A stretch of DNA of 64,000 bases from Octopus sinensis (GCF_006345805.1 NC_043004.1:2232001-2296000); one strand, 5' to 3'. Counted from the stretch's first letter, positions 1-11,761 are shown. Numbers and translations: made by a program. The notes: generated by a model from the letters alone, not told the origin.

Positions 1-969
1 TATACACATAATCGGAGAAGGCGAGCAAGATACACCTAGTGGCTATTGTTAGCCAATCTCAAAGAAGAGGGGAGATGATTATTTTGAGAATTTAAATAAA
101 TTACGAAGAAAATTGAACTTTTATGCTTCCAGGGAAAATTTGATTTTTATTAACCGACTTTTATAAGTACAAAAAAGATTTACCATGATTTTGGACAGTT
201 GAATTTGCATAATTAAAAAAGTGAAGTAACATTAATAATTCAAGTGGGCCAATAGCATGAATTTGGATAATTCAAGTGGTGTATTAAATGATGTATACAA
301 CAATTCTTAATGAATTGGAATTTGTCTGTTAGTTGGTGAAAGAAAACAACAAATATATAAAGACGATATTAACCATACTCTTTGTTTCAAGACATTATAA
401 ATTATTTTCTCAATAACTGAATTTTCATCAAAACTTAGGTACATATATGATGTTTTTCAGTCAGAAATTTGACAGATACAGACATGTTTCGATTTTATTA
501 AAGCCTCACCAGTAAAACATTTACTGAAAAGGGCTTTGATCATTGCAGAAAGATTTTACAAAGAAAGGCCTATTTTTCAAAGGATTTTCACTGCATAATT
601 GTATAATTTAGAAACGGATATGAAATAAGGGAAATAACTTACGTTTGCCGATGTCAAATCATTAGAGAATGTAGTAAGTGGGATTTATTTCAACTAATCT
701 CCTTCTCTGTCTAGAGACATTAACATTTTCCCTTCCGCACGTTACCAATAAAATTCCAGTTACTAAAGAAATGCATCAAATGCAATTGAATACGTTATAT
801 CACGACCTTCATAAATTTTCTATTACATGTCATGGGTCCCTTTGAGCTATTTCCCCAGCTCCCTTGATATATATATATATATAATTAAATAAGCGTAGAA
901 ACTGATATTAATCAATAAAAACCAGTGGCCTAGCATTTTTTTTTTAAATCCGAAGATTAAAAATTTTTT

Positions 970-1116
970 TACATACAAAATTTGGAGGACTGACCACTAA
1001 AAATGGACATCCTTTATGCTAAATATGGTCATCTGTGCAAAATGGCGATTTTGACGTCTATATCTAGCAAAAAGGCTGTCCATTTTTAGTGGTCAGTCCT
1101 CTAAATTTTGTATGTA
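970..1116. mobile_element. MITE-like element with 40-bp terminal inverted repeats (TA-ended, Tc1/mariner-like)
   Basis: 970-1009 (tacatacaaaatttggaggactgaccactaaaaatggaca) is the reverse complement of 1077-1116 with 1 mismatch; the ends are TA; no coding capacity. Confidence 0.7.
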
Positions 1117-1120
1117 TGTA

Positions 1121-1154
<34 letters not shown>

Positions 1155-1158
1155 ATAT

Positions 1159-1193
<35 letters not shown>

Positions 1194-1257
1194 TATATAT
1201 GTATATATATATATATATGTATGTATATATGTATATATGCATACATGTATATATATG

Positions 1258-1289
<32 letters not shown>

Positions 1290-1353
1290 TTTATGTATGT
1301 ATATATGTATATATGTATACATGTATATATATGTATATATGTATATATATATG

Positions 1354-1385
<32 letters not shown>

Positions 1386-1484
1386 ATATATATATGTGTG
1401 TGTATATATATATGTATATTATATGTGTATATATATATATTTATGTATGCATATATGTATATATGTATATATATGCGTGTATAC

Positions 1485-1518
<34 letters not shown>

Positions 1519-1540
1519 ATATATATGTATGTATATATAT
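1112..1540. repeat. (TA)n/(TATG)n compound microsatellite
   Basis: Direct reading; it generates the YI/IY ORFs in the ORF track. Confidence 0.97.
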
Positions 1541-1544
1541 GATT

Positions 1545-1941
1545 GCGTAGGCGTGGCTGTGTAGTAAGAAGCTTGCTTTCCATCCACATGGCCCCAGGTT
1601 GAGTCCACTGAGCAGCATCTTGGACAAGTGTCTTCTGCTACAGCCTCAGCCCTACAAAAGACTTCTGAGTGGATATGATAAATGGAAACTGAAACCCCCG
1701 TCGTATATATGTTTGTGTGTGTGTGTGAGTGTGTCTGTGTGTGTATGCGTGCGTGCATGTCTCCTCCACCATCACTTTACAACCGGTGTTGGTGTGTTTA
1801 CGTCCCAGTAACTTAGCGGTTCAGCCAAAGACAAACAAAGAATAAGTACTAGGCATTTAAAAAGTACTCGGTTTGATTCATTCGACTAAAACCCCCCGAA
1901 GCCCAAACAAGGCTGCAATGTGATTAACTGAAACAGATAAA

Positions 1942-1944
<3 letters not shown>
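1545..1944 (+). mobile_element. SINE family A (tRNA-like head, CORE-like segment, internal (TG)n, CR1-like 3' tail)
   Basis: Head gtaggcgtggctgtgtagtaagaag, CORE-like cttggacaagtgtcttct, tail ...ctgaaacagataaaag; colinear with the copies at 9236, 11122, 17110 and 25545. Confidence 0.8.
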
Positions 1945-1984
<40 letters not shown>

Positions 1985-1990
1985 ATATAT

Positions 1991-4312
1991 CAACTTAGAT
2001 AAACTTAGATATGTTTCGACCAATGATTGTTCCAGGCCATGTCTAACTTAATAGCACCACCTGATAGGATTATTTGAATCCTGTTTAAGTCAAGTTTTGT
2101 TTATGGTCCATTCAAGTAGTGAGTTTTAGTTGGGTGAGTTGTATCCAATTATGGGTGGCTTATCTGGTATTTCTTGAAGGAATCTATCCAGACTCCATTT
2201 AAAGTTGATGGGATCCTGTTCCTCTTTGATCACTTTCGGGACAATGCTAAATAGGGCCTGTTGAGGAAAAGAAATTATGTTGTAGTGTACATGTATGCTA
2301 TGATCTTGAATTGGGCAGGGGACGTATGGCCCGTGATCCCAGTCTTGGATGAATCTTGAAGCTAATGTTCAGGTCGTTTGGGCAAAGTTGGCGGTATATT
2401 CTCCACATCGTACAAATGATGTACCGCTCACGGCAACGCTGGAGAGAGTAGAGTCTCAAGGCTTTAAGCAGCCATGTCTTCAATTCGTTTAGTGAGTGCT
2501 CTCTGGGATGATTCAATCCTCGAGATGTTTTGTCTTGTATGGGGAGACCACAGTGGGCAGCAGTATTCGAGGTGTGGCCGTACAAAGGAGGAGAAAAGTG
2601 GTAAGATGACAACTTGTTCTCTGGACCGGAAAGTTCTTAAGATCCAGGAACTCATCCTACGAGCTATATCGACCTTCTTGTTGATGTGTGCACTCCAACT
2701 GAGATCGTCATCAACAATTACACCCAGGTCTCTGATATTGTTAGAGGCTGTGAGCGGTTCCCCTGAAGGAAGAGAGTATGGCTGTTTTAGTGAGGAATTT
2801 CTTCCAAAATGCATCAGCTCAAATTTTCCCTCGTTCAGTTGCATTTTGTTTCTGTCTGCCCATTGACTCACAGCATATAGATCAGACTGGAGTTGAGTTC
2901 GGTCTGCTTCTTCATTGACGATGTGCTGGAGCTTAGTGTCATCAGCAAATATTTTCACTTTGCAGTAATGTACGACACTGGAAAGGTCATTTATGTAGAT
3001 TATGAATAGTAGCGGACCCAAGACAGTCCCATGGGGGACACCGCTGGTGACTTTTGCTGGGCTTGAGTGGACTCCATCAACAACAACATGTTGTGTTCTA
3101 TTTGCCAGGAAATACTTGATCCAGAGTAGAACTTTTCCACGGATTCCAACATTTGCCAATTTTGAGGGTAGGATATTATAGTCTACCCTGTCGAACGCTT
3201 TACTGAAGTCAAGGTATATGACATCAGAGTTCGAACCTGTTCCCAAGGCTTTGAGTACATCTTCAATGTGGTGTAAGAGCTGTGTTAGACAGTCCCTGCC
3301 ACAGCGAAAGCCATGCTGATTTGCATTTAGGAGTTTGTGGGCCTCCAGGAAGTCAGCCATCCTTGATTTTAACACTCTTTCAAACACTTTGATGATGTGG
3401 GAGGTGAGTGAGATTGGGCGATAGTTGAGTGCGAGGGATCTGTTTCCCTGTTTGAAAACCGGGATGATTGACTGGGATAGAAACTGTTTCGGTTATAACC
3501 TGCGTCTAACGAATTTCTCCAGAGGTTGGTCAGAGGGACTGCAAGTTGGTGTCTACATTCCTTCAGGAGACTAGCGGGGAATATATCAGGGCCTACAGCA
3601 GAGTAGTATTTGACCTCATTTATTGCTGCTATGATGTCAGTGGCAGTGAAGGTTATGTCTGAGATTTTATGTTGAGAGTCAACTTCGTTCGCTTCTCTTA
3701 CGTCAATATCAGTGGGAACACTAAAGACAGAGCAGTATTGTTTTTGCAGTATTTCTGCCATTCTTTTAGCATCGTGTTGGGGAATGCCGTTATCATCAAT
3801 CAATGGCCCAATGGGTGAGACAGTGGTTCTATGCTTATTTGCATAAGAATAGAACACTTTTGGGTTCTGTTTGATGTTTTTGATTACCCACTGTTCCTCC
3901 ACAGCTCTTTGATTTTCAATGGAGGTTTACATGTCGTTCTGCAGATGAAGTTTTTCCAGCTCTAGCCTTTTCATTGTTGTTGAATGTGGATGTTGTATGT
4001 GGGAATATTTTAATGGGTTGATTTTTTTGTTGAGTCTTTTGATGCGCCTGATGAGTGTTTTTTTCTTTTTAGGGAGCCGGTTTCTGTTTGTGTTAGTAGA
4101 TTTCGTGGGAGCGTGTTTAGAGCATGTATAGGTGACATGGTGCCATGCGGTCTCACTATGGGTGGAATTGAGAGTAAAAGACCAGTCGATGAAAGACAGA
4201 TCCTTTCTGATTGCTCCCCAGTCCGCTTTGTGGAAGTTTATGTTGTCAAATGAGTGCCATGGAGTGGGATTGGCTGGTTTGGTTTTTATATGTCAGGAAT
4301 TAAAATGTTATC
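1991..4312 (-). mobile_element. 5'-truncated CR1-clade LINE with frameshifted ORF2 (endonuclease-RT linker, RT, C-terminal region) and (TATCTAAGTT)-type 3' tail
   Basis: ORF 2464-3387 has RT motifs QHGF, YLDFSKAFDRV, SGVPHGTVLGP, IFADDTK, RPHLEYC. ORF 3369-3902 is the typical linker (KQNPKVFYSY, SAVGPD). The C-terminus LYSLQRCRERY is in another frame. Tail aacttagat x2 at 1992-2010. Confidence 0.93.
2464..3387 (-). pseudogene. CR1-type reverse transcriptase domain (part of disrupted ORF2)
   Basis: 307-aa open segment with the non-LTR RT catalytic FADD motif; frameshifts on both sides. Confidence 0.92.
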
Positions 4313-4774
4313 CCTCTTTCTTAGAGACAAGCTTCATTAATACGAGGAACTGAAATCTCTCTCTCACACACACACACTTATGCATATGTACGTACTATAC
4401 GTTTACATATATATACACACACGTATACATTTACGTGTAGCTATCTATTATTCACATGCAAATATCTATTACTATGTGTATATCCAATACCATTTTATAT
4501 ATATATATATATGTGTGTGTGCATGTATGCATATATATATATGTATACACATATATGTATAATGTATGCATATATGTGTGTATGTATTAAATTGGTATTG
4601 GATATACGCATAGTAATAGATATTTCATGTGATTATAGATAGCTACACGTAAATGTATACGTTTGTGTATATATATGTAAACGTAGAGTGCGTACATATG
4701 CATAAGTGTGTGTGCGTGTGTGAGATTTGAGTTCCTCGTATTAATGAAGCTTGTCTCTAAGAAAGAGGGATAAC
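4307..4774. repeat. Long inverted repeat (foldback), about 190-bp arms around a TA/TG microsatellite spacer
   Basis: 4307-4496 and 4588-4774 are reverse complements with scattered mismatches, e.g. gttatccctctttcttagagacaagcttcattaatacgaggaac vs gttcctcgtattaatgaagcttgtctctaagaaagagggataac. Confidence 0.92.
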
Positions 4775-4914
4775 TTTTTGTCTTTTATGAAAGTCACGGT
4801 AATTGCAAGGATTTGTAAGATGCGCATATATGTAAGTCTGTGAGTGGATGTACATGCACGTATAAAATTGGTGTACGTGTCTCTTTAGTACACCAGTGTA
4901 TAGTAACCTGTATG

Positions 4915-4916
4915 TG

Positions 4917-4969
<53 letters not shown>

Positions 4970-5029
4970 GAAGAGAGAGAGAGAAGAGATAGATAAACAG
5001 ACAGACAGACAGACGGACAGAGAGACAAC

Positions 5030-5109
<80 letters not shown>

Positions 5110-5150
5110 CAGATAGAAAAACATGGATAGATAGATGAATAGATAGATGA
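4915..5150. repeat. (TA)n-(GA)n-(GACA)n-(GATA)n compound microsatellite
   Basis: Direct reading. Confidence 0.95.
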
Positions 5151-5284
5151 ATATGTACTGCAAAAAGGAATACGAGGTGGGAAGGAATTCATCATCATAA
5201 ATGGCCGAGTCATGCGAAAAACCGTCCAGTATGGAGAAAGCGTATCAAGTCCATGAACAGTTATAGTCACGGTGACTGACTGTA

Positions 5285-5340
<56 letters not shown>

Positions 5341-5753
5341 ATATGTAGATAAGGATAAAAGTGAGGAATTGAGAAAATGGCAATATATCGGAATGATTGG
5401 AGGCATTCTTCCATTAAGGCAGACTGCAATATCTTTAAGGAAAATCAGATTAAATACGTCGAACTGAAACGATTTCATTCGGAACCTGCCTAATATTATG
5501 AAAGGGGTGAAGTTCTATAGCCGTGAAGATGTTCCTTCGAAAGTGGCATTTAAAATGGGTCATAAAACCTCCCATAAACCCTTTATAACAACCTTCGCAC
5601 AACCAAACGCTTACCTCCGTTGTCAGTGCACAAATATAAGCTGTGACGGCAAAGACATATGCAAAGGATTGTCATCTCTACGGAAGTGTTAAGCTGAGTC
5701 AGAGATTAAGTCTCTCACAATATTAAGTCACACAGGTTTCATCGTAGAAAGCA

Positions 5754-5835
<82 letters not shown>
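5754..5835 (+). repeat. (TAA)n microsatellite forming the 5' flank of the Dong/R4-like LINE
   Basis: Direct reading; abuts the LINE sequence at about 5835. Confidence 0.97.
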
Positions 5836-5838
<3 letters not shown>

Positions 5839-7145
5839 ACTGGAATATGAGTGAAGTAAAGAATATACATAGGAAGATACGCAAGCTGCTGAGTTGTAAT
5901 AGGATGCACCACCTAAAGGCAGACGTAGATCGCCTTTACCTTCCCAGAGCCCAAGGAGGTCGAGGCCTGATCCAATTTGAACTAGCTTACAAAATAACCA
6001 CAATTGGACTGGCCAAATATCTCGAAATAACGAATGACTGAATGATAAAGCTCGTGGAAAATCACGAGAGACGAAAGAAGCTTCATTCTATCATAAAGAA
6101 AAGCAAAAAATTTGCTATTGATCTCGTGCAGGATACCCAAACTGAACAACCCGAGGGAAGTACGGCAACTATTGTTGCAAAGAAGGTGAAAATAATGGCA
6201 ACGAAAAAAGCGCACGAGCAATTGGCTGATAGGTGGGAGGAGAAACCTCTGCACGGCAAATATGTGGCCCGCAGCAAACAAGCTAATGTTGACCAGAAGC
6301 AAACCCATCAGTGGCTACGAAGCTCTGGACTAAAAGCAGAGAGCGAAGGTTTCATCCTGGCTGCTCAAGATCAAAGCCTATTAACCCGGAACTACCTGGC
6401 CAATGTGATGAAAAATGGAGCAGACCCAAAATGCCGATTCTGCAACGAAATGATTGAAACAGTGGACCACCTAATCTCTGGATGTAAAGTCTTAGCACCA
6501 GTGGAGTATAAATTAAGACATGACAGAATTGGCCAATATCTACACTGGCTAATAAGTCGGCATTACAATATCAAAACTGCCGACAAGTGGTATAATCACC
6601 ACCCTGAGGCTGTAACTGAAGGAGAAAATGTAACCATTCTGTGGGACTTTCCAGTACATACAGACTGAACCATCAAGGCCAATAAACCAGATATTGTTGT
6701 GAAAGACCAAAACAATAAAGTTTGCTTATTGATCGACATGAGCATCCCCTGTGATCATAATATCTCAGCGAAAGAGTTTGACAAGCTCAGAAAATATAAA
6801 GACCTACTCATTGAAATTGAGAAAATGTGGCATCTCAAGGCGGTTACAATACCAGTGATCGAAGGGAACCGAAAATTATATGAGAATGATCCCTGGCTTA
6901 CCATCCCTGCAAGAAGTGCAAAGGATTGTCTTAACTGGTACATCACACGTATTGAGAAGAGCATTGTCGATGTGAGAACTGTTGCTGCTCATGTATTTTA
7001 ATTTAACTGTAAAAAAAAAAAAAATTAACAAACTATTGAGTTTGGTTTAATGGCCTACCAATGTATACTATGAGTTTCTTTGCCGTAGCAGTCGGGAAGA
7101 CACTCGGCAAGAAATGGAAGCAAATTTGAAAGAAGAAAAAAAAAG
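5835..7145 (+). mobile_element. 5'-truncated R4/Dong-like non-LTR retrotransposon (RT thumb, CCHC knuckle, restriction-like endonuclease), pseudogenised
   Basis: One frame read through TGA at 6039-6041 and 6666-6668 gives GGRGL, QDQ, CRFCNEMIETVDHLISGC, RHD, WDFPVHTD and KPDIVV...LIDMSIP...K..KY. After a frameshifting deletion near 6862 the C-terminus is TGTSHVLRRALSM* (stop 6973-6975). TAA repeats on both sides. Confidence 0.9.
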
Positions 7146-7420
7146 TAATAATAAGAATAAGAATAATAAATCACCTAATGCAGTACCAATAATATTAATA
7201 AGAAGAAGATAAGAATAAAAAATAAATTGCAAAATATTCCGTCCGTCGCTTTACTGGTTTCGGTAGATGTATAAAATAAAATACTTGCCGAAGGCTGGTA
7301 TTTTATTTTTTCCACCTCGGAAAATATGAAATGGAACGTCTGTAACTAAGAGAAATTCGTTCAAAGAGCACCCACTTCTCGGTATTGTTTACATTTCACA
7401 GTGATATAAAGAGGCAAAAG

Positions 7421-7853
7421 TTATTGGCTTCAAATTTTGGCACAAAAACCGATTCGATCGACCCCGGTGCTCAGCTGGTATTCACTTTACCTGCCCCGGG
7501 ACAGCTGAAAGGTAAAGTCGACCTCAGCAGTATTTGAACTCAGAACGTAAAGACGGACGAAATACCTATTTCTCTACTCCCTACAACGGGCTAAACACAG
7601 AGGGGACAAACAAGGACAGACAAACGGATTAAATCGATTATATCGACCCCAGTGCGTAACTGATACTTAATTTATCGACCCCGAAAGGATGAAAGGCAAA
7701 GTCGACCTCGGCGGAATTTGAACTCAGAACGTAACGGCAGACGAAATACCGCTAAGCATTTCGCCCGGCGCGCTAACGTTTTTGCCAGCTCGCAACCTCT
7801 TTAGACGGACGAAATACCACTAAGCATTTTGCTCGGCATATGCCAGCTTGTCT
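7421..7853 (-). mobile_element. SINE family B, alpha-tail host carrying a nested beta-tail copy (7567-7802) with 16-bp TSD
   Basis: Core gactttgcctttcatcctttcggggtcgataaattaagtaccag resembles the Meta/Sauria-type SINE domain; exact direct repeat agacggacgaaatacc at 7551-7566 and 7803-7818. Confidence 0.88.
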
Positions 7854-8044
7854 TTTCAACAGAGAGGTGGTAGGCTGTCTGGCAAATTAACGGTAGAAAA
7901 TCTTCGTGACAAACGGACAGAACAAGGCGTCGCTTATAGGAAACGAAACAGAAGCTCCTTAGTCTTGCACCGTTCTTCCTGATGACAGAAAATGAGGTAA
8001 AGAAGCAGATTTCTAAAATTTGTTTCTTGATATTAAAGTTCCAC

Positions 8045-8056
8045 ACACATGCACAC

Positions 8057-8151
<95 letters not shown>

Positions 8152-8167
8152 ACACACACACACACAC
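8045..8167. repeat. (CA)n microsatellite
   Basis: Direct reading. Confidence 0.97.
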
Positions 8168-9235
8168 CTGGCTCTTATTCTCGCTTTTATTTCCCTTTAA
8201 CAACATTCACCTCCTATTCACCCCCCAATTATCACTATCTTTGTTCATTTCCATAAAAGTTTCTTTTATTTTTTCTATTTTTTTTTCTTTATTTTATAAT
8301 TGTGTTTAATCTTCACCCTCGTGTTTGCCTTTCTTCCCTTTTGCTCTCCGGTTTCCTTTCACCTCTCTTTGCTCTCGAATGCTCTCAAGCTTTCAACCAC
8401 TTCTTCACATCTCCTCCAACTTTCAGGGCTAATAACCAGTCAAGTATTCACACTAGTATCAAGGCGCTTCTATTAACAACATGTGTTTAATGCTCCATTT
8501 AATCATATCAGTTTAACTGGATAGTGGAAAACACCATCATAAAAGCGTGATTACAGTATTGGAAGCCATGTTGTATTGATGCGGTTTAAAGAGATTCCGG
8601 CTTCTGTTTGGTGAGAGAACATCTTAAGATATTGGAAAACTATTTTTTCTTCTCTGTGGATAAAGAGAGCTTCTAAGCTTCATAGCGGTTTTCAGATTTC
8701 CCTTTCAAAAATATCAGAAAACCGCGAACAAAATGAATTTTCATCAATACGAATTTAAAAAAAAAAAAATCTTTAATTAGATAATTAGTTTATCGCAATC
8801 ATGATTTTATTTATTTATTTATTCATTTATTGCAGTTTTTTTCTCTTTTTTAGTCAAATTGATTAAAATATATAATGTAATGATTGATTAACTTATATAA
8901 GCAAATGGAGACTTGGGTGAAGAAGATGCGCACCCGCCTAAAATAGCCATCGAGACGACTACTGGGAGATGACGTCAGGAGAAAATATTTATCAGAAATA
9001 CTGTAGCTATTGAAACTGATTCGAAACGACGGAGGATTTGATACGTAGTAATGTAGAGATGGAGAGAACGAGAGAGAGACAGAGAGAGAGAGAGAGGGAT
9101 AAAGACAGACAGAAAGGTACATACACGAGCGCACGCAGACAGACGGAAACAGACAAAGAGGTAGAGAGAGAGAGCAAGAGACGGACAGTGAGTAGAGATA
9201 AGGTTTCATTGCCGCTCGTCACTATATTCAATATA

Positions 9236-9396
9236 GGTGCAGGAGTGACTGTGTGGTAAGTAGCTTGCTTCTCAACCACAGATTCCGGGTTCAGTCCCAC
9301 TGCATGGCACCTATGGCAAGTGTTTTCTACTATAGACGATGACCAACCAAAGCCTTGTGAGTGGATTTGGTAGACGAAAAGTAAACGAAATCCGTC

Positions 9397-9447
<51 letters not shown>

Positions 9448-9630
9448 TCCACCCAACATCACTTGTCAACCGATGCTGGTGTGTTAACGTCCCCGTAGCT
9501 TAGCGGTTCGGCAACGAGACCGATAGAATAAGTACTAGGCTTACAAAGAATAAATCCTGGGGTCGATTTGTTCGCCTAAAAGTGGTGCTCCAGCGTAGCC
9601 GCAGTCAAATAACTGAAACAAGTAAAGGAA
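9236..9630 (+). mobile_element. SINE family A, near full length
   Basis: B-box-like gggttcagtccc, internal (GT)n, tail gtggtgctccagcgtagccgcagtcaaataactgaaacaag. Confidence 0.85.
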
Positions 9631-10670
9631 AATACATTGAAATCAGATTAAAGTCCCCAACACTTTAGTGATGGAAATTTTGAAATTTGCATTCTTGAAC
9701 TCACAACTGCATCGTGCATCTGTAATATGTAAAACTGGTTTTCATGTTTACATTAATGTCAAGATGTGTTTCTGCGGAATTTTGTTTCAAGTAATACAGT
9801 TTCAGCCTCATTTAATATTAAATAACATCATATTTGAGTAATGTGTTGATGTTTATGGTCTCAATAAAGTTTTGCTGTGATGCGAAATATATATTAACAT
9901 TTTTCGCTTTCGTGTGAACCGGCTTTATGCATATTTCACAAACATTGACCTCCATGCAGGCAGAGATGTTTTACCTAATTGCCAGTAGGTTTTACTAAGA
10001 ACGGGATGAAATGGTAAGAAACTATAATATATTACCTGTGGGTTAAATTTCACTCCTTTAGTTAGTCTTCATCTTCACATTAACCTCCTCAGAAACAATT
10101 TAATTTCTTGAAACGGAAATTAGAGCAGTCAACCGTAGGATAAGAGAGTCTATCAAACAAAAGACGTTTCCTTCCGTTTAATAACTGCATCTATCTGATA
10201 GTAATTTCTTGTAACCGGAAGACTATCTATCACATTCAGATAAGACATTGTTTGTAAAATTGTCCTAACACCACAACGAAATTGTTTTATTCCGATAACA
10301 GAGTTAATGATATAAACCAAATGACTTCATACACGTACACATAAATATGTATATGCGTGTGTGTATGTATGTGTGTATGTGTGTTTATATGAACACACAA
10401 GTTTTTATAAATGTGTGTCATATATTTATAGATACATGTCCACACACACACACACATACACTCCTATATGTATACATGTATATATACTCACACATACATA
10501 TGTATGTATGCATGTATGTATTTATGCATTGATGGATGTATTCTTGTATGTATGCATAAATATACAATATACCAGGCTAAATCTTAATTTGTACAACTGT
10601 TGAGCAAATGTAAACTAAAGTACTCAATGAAATTTTTAATGAATATGTGTGTGCGTGTGTGTGTGTGTAT

Positions 10671-10772
10671 GTGGAGGTGCAATGGTCCAGTGGTTAATGC
10701 AGTGGACTCACGGTCGTCGGATCGCGGTTTCGATTCCCAGGCCGGGCGTTGTGAGTGTTTATTCGTATCATT
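10671..10772 (+). mobile_element. SINE family D head fragment
   Basis: A-box-like tggtccagtgg and B-box-like ggtttcgattcc; similar to the head of 14282-14535. Confidence 0.6.
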
Positions 10773-10866
10773 ATCGAACCTGGAGCTTAATTATAGTCTG
10801 TCCATAGCACTTACTCAGCATTACCTGACACCTTTGGGGCTTCTTGACACCAGTACTTCTCATACC
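10773..10866 (+). repeat. Unclassified dispersed repeat (second copy at about 13279-13380)
   Basis: tcgtat(c/t)attatcgaacc...ttacctg(a/c)cacctt(t)ggg...ttct(t/g)ga(c/t)acca(g/a)...ctcata shared by the two loci. Confidence 0.6.
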
Positions 10867-10889
10867 CTTCATATATATATATATATTTT

Positions 10890-11072
10890 TTTTTTTTTCT
10901 CTCCTTCTTTCTGTGTTTTTTTTCTCTCTGTGTATCTTTCTGTTGAAGAGCGTAGGCTCGAAACGTTAAAGACTTGTTTTATTTATATTTCCTGAGCGCC
11001 ATACTAATACAATTGTTTGTTTGTTTTCCACCTGCCTTCGTCTTTTGTCTATTTTCATAAAGCTTCCCGTTA
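10890..11072 (+). mobile_element. Short Penelope-pLTR-like element (family G) with hammerhead-like motif, ending in (TA)n
   Basis: Colinear with reverse-strand copies at 56421-56577 and 55880-56040; carries CTGTTGAAGAGCGTAGGCTCGAAACGTT. Confidence 0.6.
10935..10972 (+). ncRNA. Minimal type I hammerhead ribozyme-like motif (A6>U variant)
   Basis: Stem I tcttt/aaaga, core CUGUUGA-A, stem II GAGC-GUAG-GCUC, GAAAC-GUU with palindromic AACGUU; activity untested. Confidence 0.5.
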
Positions 11073-11121
11073 TATATATATAATATACATGTATGTTTGC
11101 ATATATGTATGTCTATAATAC

Positions 11122-11510
11122 ACAGGAGTGTAGTTTTGTGGCAATATCTTGCTTACCAACTACATTGTTCTGGGTTCAGTCCCACTACGTGGCACCTTAG
11201 TCAAATGTCTTCTACTATACCCTCGGGCCGACCAAAGCCTTGTGAATGGATTTGGTAGACAGAAACTGAAAGAAGCCCGTTGTATATATATGTGTATATA
11301 TATATGTATATATTTGTGTCTGTGTTTTGTCCTTCTATCATCACTTGACAACTGGTATTGGCGTGTTTACGTCCCCGAAACTTAGCGGTTCGGAAAAAGA
11401 TGCCTAGGCTTACAAAGAATAAGTCCCGGGGTTGATTTGTTTAACTAAAAGCGGTGCTCCAGCATGACCGCAGTGAAAATGACTGAAACAAGTAAAAGAG
11501 TAAAAGAGTA
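11122..11510 (+). mobile_element. SINE family A, near full length, (TAAAAGAG)n tail
   Basis: Colinear with other A copies; tail aagtaaaagagtaaaagagta. Confidence 0.85.
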
Positions 11511-11730
11511 TATATATATAAGATATCAAGAATATATATTTCTAAATAACCATACTATGAGTGTGTACGCATGTATATATATATATATATATATGTGAAT
11601 ATATGTGTGTGTGAATATATATATATATATATGTACATATATATATACATATATATAAATACACAAGTATATATATATAAATATATACATATATATATAC
11701 ACATGTATATATATATACATATATATACAT

Positions 11731-11761
<31 letters not shown>

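Noticed and set aside
1101-1627. Numerous 60-250 aa ORFs rich in YI, HT, VC, LS, poly-I/L/N/S here and throughout the window
   Set aside because: They are translations of di-, tri- and tetranucleotide microsatellites, which lack stop codons in most frames.
7120-7135. caaatttgaaa shared by the Dong-like 3' end and a SINE B alpha-tail variant (e.g. 41316-41326), suggesting partnership
   Set aside because: Only 11 AT-rich bases, and alpha SINEs are followed by (ATT)n whereas the Dong-like elements are followed by (AAT)n, the opposite strand.
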